A stretch of 32,000 nucleotides of DNA from an uncultured Nitrososphaeraceae archaeon (GCA_963837175.1 CAWIMJ010000056.1:34368-66367); one strand, 5' to 3'. Positions 19,582 to 28,071 are shown, counted from the first letter of the stretch. The notes: generated by a model not told the origin, from the sequence alone. Made by a program: numbers and translations.

Positions 19582-20031
19582 TTATTCTAGTTGCGCAATA
19601 ACTGCTGCATATTTCCAATTTTTGTTAAGTTTGCCTATTCTCTTATAATATTTGGACAATCTGTGAATCTTTGATTCAATTAATTCCAGTGAACGGACGT
19701 TTCTATGATCGCTATTATGAGCCCTAAGATGCTTTTGCAGGCCTAAAGCTTTCATGACTAGATGCTCTAGGTCTTCAGGCATATCTCTTCTGATGTTACT
19801 TTCGACAAGCACATCTGTGATTGATTTACCCAAAACAACCTTAGTAAGAGGGATTCCATTTTCGTCCCGTAAACGCAGACCTATGTCACTTGGTGTTAAA
19901 CCATCCTTCGATAGTGAAATTATTAATGAGGATACTTTTCCTTGGCTTTCTGTCAGCCATGGAGGCAGATCCTTGGAGGTGGGACGGGTAGAGTGTGATT
20001 TACCATGAGTATGAGCATGCATTCGCGCCAT
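19582..20031 (-). CDS. rps15: 30S ribosomal protein S15 (uS15 / S13e type)
   Basis: MARMHAHTHGKSHSTRP... N-terminus and the C-terminal HLRAHNSDHRNVRSLELIESKIHRLSKYYK are typical. Confidence 0.95.
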   Translation of the reverse strand: MARMHAHTHGKSHSTRPTSKDLPPWLTESQGKVSSLIISLSKDGLTPSDIGLRLRDENGIPLTKVVLGKSITDVLVESNIRRDMPEDLEHLVMKALGLQKHLRAHNSDHRNVRSLELIESKIHRLSKYYKRIGKLNKNWKYAAVIAQLE

Positions 20032-20126
20032 ACCTTTTATAAAAAATTTAATGCGTATCTAAATGTTACTTAATTCTTGATTGTAAGACATAAAGGTTAA
20101 ATAATTGATTCTGAAAAAGTATTGCT

Positions 20127-20447
20127 ATGAACAAGCCAATTTTCCTGGCTACGGTCACAATAGTACTTCTGATGGGTGTTGCATTTGTTTTTCCTGTAGT
20201 TGAAATTGCTTATGGGCAATACACTAGCAATGCTCCTAGTAGTGTTGAAGAAGAATTAAAACTCGCAAAAGCCAAAGTTTCCAATGCAAAGACGGCGGGC
20301 GCATATGGTTCTGGTACATCCATGTTAGGAACTAACATAAACGAAACAGTTATTATGATAGCGGTCTTGGTAGTAATATTTGGTGGCGTTGCGGCAGCTT
20401 TCTTCATAAAAGGCAGATCAGGAACAAAAAAAGCAGCAACCAGCTAA
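20127..20447 (+). CDS. small exported/membrane protein (106 aa): N-terminal signal or anchor, C-terminal TM plus basic tail
   Basis: MNKPIFLATVTIVLLMGVAFVFPVV... then a short polar segment, then VIMIAVLVVIFGGVAAAFFIKGRSGTKK. A T7 tract directly follows the stop. Confidence 0.55.
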   Translation: MNKPIFLATVTIVLLMGVAFVFPVVEIAYGQYTSNAPSSVEEELKLAKAKVSNAKTAGAYGSGTSMLGTNINETVIMIAVLVVIFGGVAAAFFIKGRSGTKKAATS

Positions 20448-20476
20448 GCTAACTTTTTTTATTTTATTATCAAGTA

Positions 20477-20514
20477 TTTCTTTCATTCTTTCATTCTTTC
20501 TTTCATTCATTTTC
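20477..20514. repeat. short TTTC/TTTCATTC microsatellite
   Basis: TTTC TTTCATTC TTTCATTC TTTC TTTCATTC ATTTTC read directly from the sequence, in the spacer downstream of ORF 20127..20447. Confidence 0.8.
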
Positions 20515-20747
20515 TATTATGATTGAATCAGCAAAAAATTAAGTTTTTTTAGTTTTGCATTGTCAACTTTGGTAGACTTGAGTTGATATTTCCATCTCGA
20601 TTTTTTCATATATTGTAATTGTATAGCAATAATCGTGTTGTTAGGTGGGATTGTTTTATGACTAGGAACTGAACAGCAGCAAAAACGAATTTCCATAATC
20701 ACTCGAACCAAAATGTATATATCATAGATTTAGTCTGCTGTAAGATA

Positions 20748-21026
20748 ATGAGCGCTATCATAAGCGTTATGGCAATGGTAAATACTAAGTTTAACAGTCT
20801 GATTGGGCAAATAGGACCATCGTACAATCCACTGTTCTACGACGTAATGGTCTACATCTTCGGCACGATGTTATTCGCTGTGTTCCTGCTGGGTGTCATT
20901 GCGTTCTGGCTACGGAAAAAGGGTCTTGGTGGCGGTTCAGCCAAGGAGAAATGGACACAAGAACTAGAAAGATACTTCGAACGTGAACAAATAGGTCTAA
21001 TTCCAGATGAAAAACACCATTGGTAA
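20748..21026 (+). CDS. small single-pass membrane protein (92 aa)
   Basis: Central TM (VMVYIFGTMLFAVFLLGVIAFWL) followed by a RKKGLGGG linker and a charged tail. A TATA-like box (TGTATATATC, 20714-20723) lies about 30 nt before the ATG, consistent with a near-leaderless mRNA. Confidence 0.6.
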   Translation: MSAIISVMAMVNTKFNSLIGQIGPSYNPLFYDVMVYIFGTMLFAVFLLGVIAFWLRKKGLGGGSAKEKWTQELERYFEREQIGLIPDEKHHW

Positions 21027-21627
21027 ATCATAACTAGACTACTAAAAAGAAAGACAAGCAATTGTTAAATTCTTGCTTTTTTCTCGTACTTATAATTTAA
21101 ATCCTAATTTTTTATTATTCTTGATTTATTCTTGATTGTACCTTAAACATAATGGTAAAGGGTTTTGATGAATATGAATTAGCAAGTACTTTATGACTGT
21201 AGAGTGGCACTAGAACTAGATCATGGCTTATAACATTTAACCCCTTTCGGGAATCGGCTCAAGTATATAATACTAGACTATATGATCTGAGTGAGAAAAG
21301 AATACAGATGAATAATATCCAAAGTCAGGAGATATATTGTTTTAGAAATCGTTATTCTGGTTTCGGCTTTCTAATGTGAAAATATCACATTATCCATTAA
21401 TCTGCCTCACTATAATGGGATTTGTGGTTTTTCTCAATTACTATCAATCTTTGAAAATTAATTCTTTTTATGAATAGCTTGTAAAATTATTTCATATACT
21501 ATAAAGAATACTTGGTAGGTTGTCGTTAAGATGTGTGGCTATACGTTGATAGAATTAAACTAAATTTTTTAGAATGAACAATAAAGATTTCTTGTAAAAA
21601 TAATAGAAGGGAAGGCTTAATTTTGTA

Positions 21628-22185
21628 TTAGATAACCTGCCATGGCCTTGTAGCAAAGGTCACTCCTAAGCCTGCTCCAATAAGAATTACCTGATAGGCT
21701 ACATTACCCCACGGAACTGGCTTTAAGATTGCCTCACCAGTTACTTGTACCGTCTGTCCTGGACCAAGACCTGGGCCAACGCCTGCTATGTTCATCTGTG
21801 TATGCACGTGGTATACGCCTGGCTCAAGAGCTTTTGCTCTCAATTCATAAGGAATGGTTCCTTGAGCAGGAATCTCAAATACGTTTCCAGGTGGATCTCT
21901 TGAAATGAATTCCCACCTGTTTCCTGCATTAGTTGATTCGCTGAATAACGAGATCCATGCTCTAAGAGGTCTATTTACTAGACTCTGTAATGTACCCGAT
22001 ACTGTAATTTCATCACCTGTTTTGAGAGTTTGAGCCGAAAAAGTTTCGTCTTGAATACGTACGAATCTGCTTTGAAGCTGTGCCTGCACACCATGACCTT
22101 CTACGACCGGTATTAATGCCAATGCTGCAGAAAACGCCATGACTGTTGCAAGAGCCGTGACGATTAGGGTGGTGCTTTTAATCAT
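21628..22185 (-). CDS. amoB: ammonia monooxygenase subunit B (archaeal type)
   Basis: 185 aa. Signal peptide, then HGVQAQLQSRFVRIQDETF, SESTNAGNRWEFISRDPPGNVF, ALEPGVYHVHTQMNIAGVGPGLGPGQTV and the C-terminal TM ending TRPWQVI; all are characteristic of archaeal AmoB. Confidence 0.97.
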   Translation of the reverse strand: MIKSTTLIVTALATVMAFSAALALIPVVEGHGVQAQLQSRFVRIQDETFSAQTLKTGDEITVSGTLQSLVNRPLRAWISLFSESTNAGNRWEFISRDPPGNVFEIPAQGTIPYELRAKALEPGVYHVHTQMNIAGVGPGLGPGQTVQVTGEAILKPVPWGNVAYQVILIGAGLGVTFATRPWQVI

Positions 22186-22402
22186 ACTATATATCTAGCC
22201 ATAGGTAGAAAGACAAAGATATATGCTTTGCTGTAATCATGAATGAGTTCTATAGGTTAGATTAGCAATAATGATTATCATTGATGACTAATGGAATAAA
22301 CTTAATAATATTATCGTTATAAGTGTATATTTATGTATAAATTATAATACACTACGATTTTAATATAATTTATATGATAAAAACGATGCAAACAAATCTA
22401 AC

Positions 22403-22416
22403 AACCTTATATACAA
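22403..22416 (+). promoter_or_regulatory. TATA-like box upstream of amoC
   Basis: AACCTTATATACAA centred about 33 nt upstream of the amoC ATG (22443). Further TATA-like runs occur at 22320-22390, within the 257-bp divergent amoB/amoC spacer. Confidence 0.35.
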
Positions 22417-22442
22417 GATCGATGAAACAATATTGAAGAATC

Positions 22443-23006
22443 ATGGCACAAATGCCAGCGCTAATACCAAAAGAAGTAGAAATCCAACGACTGAAGAAGA
22501 TCTACATCATGATAGTGATGCTGGGATCAATCGCAGCATCAGTAGAGGTAGATAACTTTGTCGATGGCTCACTGCATCAAACAGCTATCAGAGATAGTGC
22601 ATTTACACCGGCACATTGGTGGTTATATAGTCATTTCGTTGCTCTACCACTAGGATGGGGCTTCGTAGCAATGTACGATAGAAGAGTACCAATTCTTAGA
22701 GGTCCAAATAACTCTATGAACACGGGTTTGAAGATAACCATTATTGGTTATTTAGCAACAATGTTCACTATCGGAATAAATGAACTGTGGCATTTCTGGT
22801 TCGTAGAGGAAATATTCTCAGTTCCTAACCACTGGATGTTTAACATGGGAGTCGTTGTGGCTTTCATGGGTGCTCTTGCATACGTTGTGAGAGTCTATGC
22901 GCGCATGGTAGAACTTGGTGCAGAAACACCAGCAAAGAATCCGTATGTAGCTGAAATGTACAAGCTAGCATTAGAAGGCAAGCTTTACAGTAGATCTATC
23001 CCATAG
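22443..23006 (+). CDS. amoC: ammonia monooxygenase subunit C (archaeal type)
   Basis: 187 aa. MAQMPALIPKEVEIQRLKK..., VDNFVDGSLHQTAIRDSAFTPAHWWLYSHFVALPLGW, and the end NPYVAEMYKLALEGKLYSRSIP are near-invariant archaeal AmoC sequence. Confidence 0.97.
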   Translation: MAQMPALIPKEVEIQRLKKIYIMIVMLGSIAASVEVDNFVDGSLHQTAIRDSAFTPAHWWLYSHFVALPLGWGFVAMYDRRVPILRGPNNSMNTGLKITIIGYLATMFTIGINELWHFWFVEEIFSVPNHWMFNMGVVVAFMGALAYVVRVYARMVELGAETPAKNPYVAEMYKLALEGKLYSRSIP

Positions 23007-23042
23007 GCTAGGGAAGATCAATCAACTACTAATTCTAACTGG

Positions 23043-23061
23043 TTTCTTTATTTTTTTCTTT
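23043..23061 (+). terminator. oligo-T tract downstream of amoC
   Basis: TTTCTTTATTTTTTTCTTT about 40 nt after the amoC stop. Archaeal termination commonly uses oligo-T. Confidence 0.35.
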
Positions 23062-23292
23062 AATATTTACATTTTCAAAAATATTTTACATTATTTCGTA
23101 AGATTATTGTATCATCATCAAGATAGATATCCTAGTATTACCTAAGGAATTTACCTATGCTCGTCTAAATAACATCCGTCTCATCAATGAATGTATACGG
23201 CGTATTTGTGTAAATATGATTATTGATCGGTTATTGGATTATTGAAAACATTTATCTTTGCAATCTATCTCTATCTTCGAACTTTATCATAG

Positions 23293-23307
23293 CAAAATTT
23301 AAAAAGG
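23293..23307 (+). promoter_or_regulatory. TATA-like box upstream of amoX
   Basis: CAAAATTTAAAAAGG. It lies about 17 nt before the first ATG (23317) and about 29 nt before the second ATG (23329), which favours the second as a leaderless start. Confidence 0.3.
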
Positions 23308-23316
23308 CTTGTTCTG

Positions 23317-23616
23317 ATGTTAATATCAATGACTTTACCAAAAGGATGGGGTACTGGAGGAACAGGTGGCGAACGTAGAGACGATATTGAGCGTATGATT
23401 GGCCGAAGAGTTGAAAACATGAAAGGCGTATTTATCTTAGGACTTGCGCTATGCTGGATAGCAACCGCAGGCGGAATTTATGTCGGTGTAACAGTCTATC
23501 CTTGGGCATATCCATTACCAAGTGGTATATATGCACTCTCTGTGCTAAGCGTTATTGAAATTTTAGGATTCATTTTCATTTGGAAGTTAGCAATGGAAAA
23601 ACCTGTTCGGGCCTAA
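23317..23616 (+). CDS. amoX: AmoX (small two-helix membrane protein conserved between amoC and amoA in ammonia-oxidizing archaea)
   Basis: 99 aa (95 aa from ATG 23329, MTLPKGWG...). Two TM helices (VFILGLALCWIATAGGIYVGV and IYALSVLSVIEILGFIFIWKL). The position between amoC and amoA matches amoX in other ammonia-oxidizing archaea. Confidence 0.8.
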   Translation: MLISMTLPKGWGTGGTGGERRDDIERMIGRRVENMKGVFILGLALCWIATAGGIYVGVTVYPWAYPLPSGIYALSVLSVIEILGFIFIWKLAMEKPVRA

Positions 23617-23619
23617 GGG

Positions 23620-23631
23620 TTTTCTTTTTTT
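23620..23631 (+). terminator. oligo-T tract downstream of amoX
   Basis: TTTTCTTTTTTT begins 4 nt after the amoX stop codon. Confidence 0.35.
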
Positions 23632-23753
23632 ATCTAATTTTTCATATATCAGGATTCTATATTATGGATCCTTACTTGCAAATTCGATTAATCACTAAAA
23701 CTCATTTTCGAGAAATTAAGGTAATATGTCGCTTGAATGATGCAATTTAATCT

Positions 23754-23769
23754 AAAATTTTATATATTA
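23754..23769 (+). promoter_or_regulatory. TATA box / BRE-like element upstream of amoA
   Basis: AAAATTTTATATATTA centred about 28 nt upstream of ATG 23790. This implies a leaderless or near-leaderless amoA mRNA and supports ATG 23790 over TTG 23784 as the start. Confidence 0.45.
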
Positions 23770-23789
23770 CCTATAAGCGTAGGTTGGTA

Positions 23790-24440
23790 ATGGTCTGGCT
23801 TAGACGTACAACGCACTATCTGTTCATTGTTGTAGTTGCAGTAAACAGCACACTTCTGACTATTAATGCAGGGGACTATATTTTCTACACTGATTGGGCT
23901 TGGACTTCATTTGTAGTATTTTCGATTTCACAATCTACTATGTTGGTTGTAGGAGCAATATACTACATGCTTTTTACAGGAGTCCCTGGAACCGCTACTT
24001 ATTACGCGACCATCATGACAATTTATACCTGGGTTGCGAAGGGCGCCTGGTTCGCATTGGGATACCCCTATGACTTTGTCGCAGTGCCGGTTTGGATACC
24101 TTCAGCAATGCTATTGGACTTGACGTATTGGGCAACACGACGCAATAAGCACGCCGCAATACTTATTGGCGGTACGCTAGTTGGCCTATCGCTTCCAATG
24201 TTCAATATGATAAACCTTTTGTTAGTAAGGGATCCGCTGGAAATGGCGTTCAAGTATCCAAGACCCACACTACCTCCCTATATGACTCCGATCGAGCCGC
24301 AGGTAGGAAAGTTCTACAATAGTCCTGTAGCCTTGGGAGCTGGCGCTGGAGCAGTGCTAAGCGTTCCTATAGCAGCTTTAGGTGCCAAATTAAACACGTG
24401 GACTTATAGATGGATGGCAGCATGGAGTAAATGGGACTAG
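23790..24440 (+). CDS. amoA: ammonia monooxygenase subunit A (archaeal type)
   Basis: 216 aa from ATG 23790. MVWLRRTTHYLFIVVVAVNSTLLTINAGDYIFYTDWAWTSF...WIPSAMLLDLTYWATRRNKH...TWTYRWMAAWSKWD is canonical archaeal AmoA. The track ORF starts 6 nt earlier at a TTG. Confidence 0.97.
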   Translation: MVWLRRTTHYLFIVVVAVNSTLLTINAGDYIFYTDWAWTSFVVFSISQSTMLVVGAIYYMLFTGVPGTATYYATIMTIYTWVAKGAWFALGYPYDFVAVPVWIPSAMLLDLTYWATRRNKHAAILIGGTLVGLSLPMFNMINLLLVRDPLEMAFKYPRPTLPPYMTPIEPQVGKFYNSPVALGAGAGAVLSVPIAALGAKLNTWTYRWMAAWSKWD

Positions 24441-24450
24441 CCAAAACTCC

Positions 24451-24470
24451 CTTCTTTTATTTTATTTTCT
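24451..24470 (+). terminator. T-rich tract downstream of amoA
   Basis: CTTCTTTTATTTTATTTTCT starts 11 nt after the amoA stop. Confidence 0.35.
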
Positions 24471-24608
24471 TAAAGTCCTGATTAATCATAAACCTATACT
24501 AATATTATATTAGGTTAATTGTCTTTGTTCACTTAACTATAATCATCCCATTATGTATATCTACAGGCAAACAGATTAAACCAATTTTTAATGTGTTGTA
24601 GTTTACAA

Positions 24609-25031
24609 TTATCTTTTTGGCATGGGAATAATCATCAAAACTTTCAGTTCTACATTTTTTTATGTACTGAATGGTTCGCTCTATGATACTCTTTTCATAA
24701 GATGAATGAGGCTATGATGTTTTAATTTCAGAAATTTGCAGGCTTGTGGATGATACCATGTACCACACCATATCATTAGAAGTGTATATTTTTCATATTT
24801 TCTAATCAACTCTTGAAGAAACCGTTCTGCAGCAACAAGATACTCCTTTCTAAAGAAATATGTATGTCAAGAATAATTACCTCCTCTATTGGTTCAATTG
24901 CAAGCGATAACCAGACAGACCAATTCTCTTCCTCCTACTCTAATTATTGTTTCATCTACAATGAATCCTGAAGTATGATGCATGGTAAATATATTTTGAA
25001 GGTGTTCTGCTTCTTTTAGATTTGACCATCT
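24609..25031 (-). mobile_element. degraded DDE transposase relic (archaeal IS6/COG3316-like), no intact ORF
   Basis: Minus-strand translation, hopping between frames, gives ...HHTSGFIVDETIIRVGGRE / NWSVWLSLAIEPIEEVIILDIHISLERS / LVAAERFLQELIRKYEKYTL...GTWYHPQACKFLKLKHH / KSIIERTIQYIKN / RTESFDDY... This matches the VDET...W.a.d...R....A..FL..L...TDGg.WY..A...L.L.H...IER...K.RT..F pattern of these transposases. Several stops and frameshifts are present; no terminal inverted repeats were identified. Confidence 0.55.
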
Positions 25032-25118
25032 AAAAAAGTAGGATATCTTTAGCTATAGATTTATCGTTAAGTGAAGAGACAATTAAATATGCTATTTATA
25101 ATATAAATCCCTTGCGTA

Positions 25119-26093
25119 TCACGTTTGTTTGTCGACTCTCAGTTCTGCTAAGAGCTTGTCAATACTAGTGATTGCTTGGTTATACTGATCTGATACAGCT
25201 TGTTTAGAGGGCGGGTTTTCTATATAATCAGGTATTCTAGCCTGTATTCTCTCTTGATAAGTCGGTATATGTTCATTTTGGTAAAATATCCCTATAGGTA
25301 TTTTATTATTCCATTCATTTGATTTTTCAATTACTTGTGCCATTTTATCATTAGTCTGATCTTCTTCGTGTATTACACCATCATATCCAATCTCATCTAG
25401 CTTGTACGTTCTTGGCATCTGCGTGTCTGTTTCAGGATTAATATTGTCTAATCCTTGGAACCATTCCCTTGTATTGATATCATTATAAGTTGGACACGGT
25501 TGCAATACATCTAGATACGCAAGACCTTTGTGCTCAATTGCTTTTCTGATGAGATCTTTTAAATGTCTGACATCATACGAATATCCTCTTGCAATAAACG
25601 TAAATCCTGCAATCAAAGCAAGAGCTATTGGATTAACGGAATTGTTAACATTAGGTTGTGAAAGCGATTTGGTTTTCATACCTAATTTTAAAGTAGGTGC
25701 AGCTTGGCCTTTTGTTAACCCGTAGACTCCATTGTTGAATATAATGTAAGCCATATCTACATTTCTTCTACCCGCACCTACAAAATGGCCAGCGCCAATT
25801 CCCAAACCATCTCCGTCTCCTCCAACAGCTAAAATTTCTAGTTCTGGATTAGCCAGCTTTGCACCTTGAGCGAATGGTAAAACTCTACCATGCAATGTGT
25901 GTATTCCATAAGTATGGATAAAGTGGGGTGTCTTCCCAGAACAGCCTATTCCCGAAAATATTGCTGCACGATGGTGAGGAATATGCATATCAAATAAAGC
26001 CATTTGAATAGCATTGAGTATACCGAAATCTCCACAACCAGGACACCAATCGTTATGAACGTTTGTCTTGTAGTCTGCTAATTTAAGTGCCAT
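25119..26093 (-). CDS. 2-oxoacid:ferredoxin oxidoreductase beta subunit (TPP-binding)
   Basis: 324 aa. [20 protein letters not shown] and [15 protein letters not shown]...[11 protein letters not shown] are the Fe-S/TPP motifs of the OFOR beta subunit. The start overlaps the upstream alpha ORF by 11 nt. Confidence 0.92.
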   Translation of the reverse strand: MALKLADYKTNVHNDWCPGCGDFGILNAIQMALFDMHIPHHRAAIFSGIGCSGKTPHFIHTYGIHTLHGRVLPFAQGAKLANPELEILAVGGDGDGLGIGAGHFVGAGRRNVDMAYIIFNNGVYGLTKGQAAPTLKLGMKTKSLSQPNVNNSVNPIALALIAGFTFIARGYSYDVRHLKDLIRKAIEHKGLAYLDVLQPCPTYNDINTREWFQGLDNINPETDTQMPRTYKLDEIGYDGVIHEEDQTNDKMAQVIEKSNEWNNKIPIGIFYQNEHIPTYQERIQARIPDYIENPPSKQAVSDQYNQAITSIDKLLAELRVDKQT

Positions 26094-26373
26094 TGTCTAA
26101 CACAATTCTCCTTGATGCTTTTCCATTTATTATATGCATTATAGCATTATAAATCTCACTTGAAGACATTGGTCGGCCATTGTATTTTACGATATTATAA
26201 TTAATCTCACGCTTTAGGTTCTGTTTTATAAGTAATCCTAATTGTGATGAATAATTCATCTCAATATCTATCAAAACTTTTGTATTGTCTAACATTTTTT
26301 CCACTACTGCCGTAGGAAATGGATGTAACAACCTTAATTGAATGAATTTAATTTTCTTCCCCTCATACGTCAA
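26083..26373 (-). CDS. C-terminal 96 codons of the 2-oxoacid:ferredoxin oxidoreductase alpha subunit, cut off from the rest by an in-frame TGA
   Basis: [28 protein letters not shown]...[15 protein letters not shown] is the end of alpha domain II. It is in the same frame as ORF 26374..28071 and begins (TTG) at the codon immediately after that ORF's TGA. Confidence 0.8.
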   Translation of the reverse strand: MTYEGKKIKFIQLRLLHPFPTAVVEKMLDNTKVLIDIEMNYSSQLGLLIKQNLKREINYNIVKYNGRPMSSSEIYNAIMHIINGKASRRIVLDNGT

Positions 26374-28071
26374 TCAATCCATAGCATCGAGAATTGCTCC
26401 CTTGGTAGAACCCCAACTTATTATTGTCAAACCAAATAAAGGGTCATTTTCACCATAGGCTACTGCTTTATCTTCATTGTCTATTTCACTTAAAGCAACA
26501 TCTAGTTTACCCATTCTTTTATTCATCATTTTAATACGCATTTCTGGATCTTCAGTAATATGACCTTCTTCTGTGTGTTCATCTCCTGTATTCCAGAATA
26601 TTCCATTTTCAGTGCCGAGGCTTATACGTGGAGAAATTGGATTATCACTTAATTTAAATCTTAAATAGTGACCACCAATACCCGTCTCTTTCTCTTTTGA
26701 TGGAGCAATATTTCGTAATAGTTGTCCTCTATCAATTTTAATTTTATATTGGTCGAACATTTTGCATGTCATTATGCTGTTTGCTATGGCTTTATCCAGC
26801 ATATGGATGACAGGCATTTGATATTTTTCTGCAAAGTTGAATACTTTTATTGTATCATAAAAACTTTCTTCAATATCTCCAGAAGCGAAAACAATTTTTG
26901 GAAATTCTCCATGTCCTGCATTTACGGCAAATAACAAATCGCCTTGTTCATGTCTGGTTGGGAGGCCGGTAGCAGGGCCCGCCCGTTGATATAATGAAAC
27001 AACGAGTGGGACTTCATTCATTCCTGCCCATCCTAGTGCTTCTGTCATTAGCGAAAAACCAGGTCCTGATGTAGCAGTGGCTGAACGCACTCCAGTTAAA
27101 GCTCCACCTATTGCCATCGCAATAGCAGCTATTTCATCTTCAGTTTGAAGAACCACTAGAGAACCCTTCTCACCATTTCGCTGCTCAACTATCTGATTAG
27201 ATTCTAAGAATTCGCTGTCATCGCTTGCTGGAGTTATGGGATAATATGTTTGGAACTTGCACCCTGCGATGATCTTTCCTAAACCTGATGATTGGTTTCC
27301 CTGCACTAGTATTATGTCGCCAGAAGGGGGTTTGCAGCTTAGAAGGAACTTACATTCAGATAAATCAAATTTCGATCTGCTATAATTATAGGCATAATTG
27401 GAGACAGAGATATTGCTCTCGGCAACTCTGGGCTTCGAACGGAAAACATATCTTATTGCGTTATTTAGTATATCAGAGTCAAAGTCTAAAATTGCCATTG
27501 ATGCCGATAAAGCCATTACATTTACCATCCTTGTAAATTTGCTCAAAGAAGGGTCATTGATCTTTTCTGCAAATTCTTTTAGTACTTTAAGATATGGTAT
27601 GCCGTAAACCAGAGCTCCATTATCCTTAGCATAATCAATCATCCCTTGAATCGTCAATGGCTTACCAGCTTTTTCTAGCGCTTTAGATATTCTTACAGCG
27701 GCAAATTCATCAATGGTTGGGACTTCTTGAATGGCAGAATTAGCTAACTCTGAATTATAGATGATGGCTCCTCCATCTGTTACTTTATCCGCATGTCTGA
27801 ATACTGTTTCGGCATCGAAGGATGCAAGTATATCGATTTTATCAACATGAGAGCGAATTGGAGTATCTGATACTCCTACTGTAAAATAACTGTGTTCACC
27901 TTTAATGTTGGAATAAAATTCTCTCTTTCCAAAAATATGCAATCCACCCTGAGCACAGGCACGTGAGAATATATTGGCAGCAGAATCTACTCCACTTCCT
28001 TGAGCTCCTCCAATAACCCACGTTAAAGAGTTAGTAACTTTTGTTAGAGTCATATAGGCTGATTTTCGCAA
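26374..28071 (-). CDS. 2-oxoacid:ferredoxin oxidoreductase alpha subunit (fused gamma-alpha type), N-terminal 565 codons ending at a premature in-frame TGA
   Basis: Gamma-like domain (TWVIGGAQGSGVDSAANIF) followed by alpha domain I (ILVQGNQSSGLGKIIAGC...YYPITPASD...TATSGPGFSLM). It ends ...IISWGSTKGAILDAMD-TGA in the middle of domain II. The probable true start is ATG at 28053 (MTLTKV...). Confidence 0.9.
   Translation of the reverse strand: MRKSAYMTLTKVTNSLTWVIGGAQGSGVDSAANIFSRACAQGGLHIFGKREFYSNIKGEHSYFTVGVSDTPIRSHVDKIDILASFDAETVFRHADKVTDGGAIIYNSELANSAIQEVPTIDEFAAVRISKALEKAGKPLTIQGMIDYAKDNGALVYGIPYLKVLKEFAEKINDPSLSKFTRMVNVMALSASMAILDFDSDILNNAIRYVFRSKPRVAESNISVSNYAYNYSRSKFDLSECKFLLSCKPPSGDIILVQGNQSSGLGKIIAGCKFQTYYPITPASDDSEFLESNQIVEQRNGEKGSLVVLQTEDEIAAIAMAIGGALTGVRSATATSGPGFSLMTEALGWAGMNEVPLVVSLYQRAGPATGLPTRHEQGDLLFAVNAGHGEFPKIVFASGDIEESFYDTIKVFNFAEKYQMPVIHMLDKAIANSIMTCKMFDQYKIKIDRGQLLRNIAPSKEKETGIGGHYLRFKLSDNPISPRISLGTENGIFWNTGDEHTEEGHITEDPEMRIKMMNKRMGKLDVALSEIDNEDKAVAYGENDPLFGLTIISWGSTKGAILDAMD

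Noticed and set aside
20477-20514. Possible CRISPR or structured repeat
   Set aside because: It is only a 38-bp TTTC/TTTCATTC microsatellite without spacers. No CRISPR-like repeat-spacer array exists anywhere in the window.
20517-20711. 64-aa minus-strand ORF between the two small membrane-protein genes
   Set aside because: It covers the promoter region of ORF 20748..21026. Its odd composition (CCC, basic repeats) and lack of signals argue against it.
24068-24268. 66-aa ORF antisense to amoA; likewise 20210..20407, 20852..21061, 25528..25725, 26722..26934, 27288..27607 and 30369..30584 antisense to their host genes
   Set aside because: All lie wholly inside confidently identified genes on the opposite strand.
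21628-24440. Higher G+C of the amo genes as a sign of horizontal transfer
   Set aside because: These are highly conserved, highly expressed membrane proteins. Compositional offset from AT-rich spacers is expected from amino-acid constraints and codon bias. Other conserved genes here (OFOR, pdxS) show the same tendency.
26374-26376. Selenocysteine recoding of the in-frame TGA in OFOR alpha
   Set aside because: The position lies in a helix of domain II where homologs, as I recall them, carry an ordinary residue rather than a catalytic Cys. Thaumarchaeota are not known to have Sec machinery, and I saw no obvious stem-loop nearby. Nonsense mutation, sequencing error, readthrough or reinitiation are more parsimonious.
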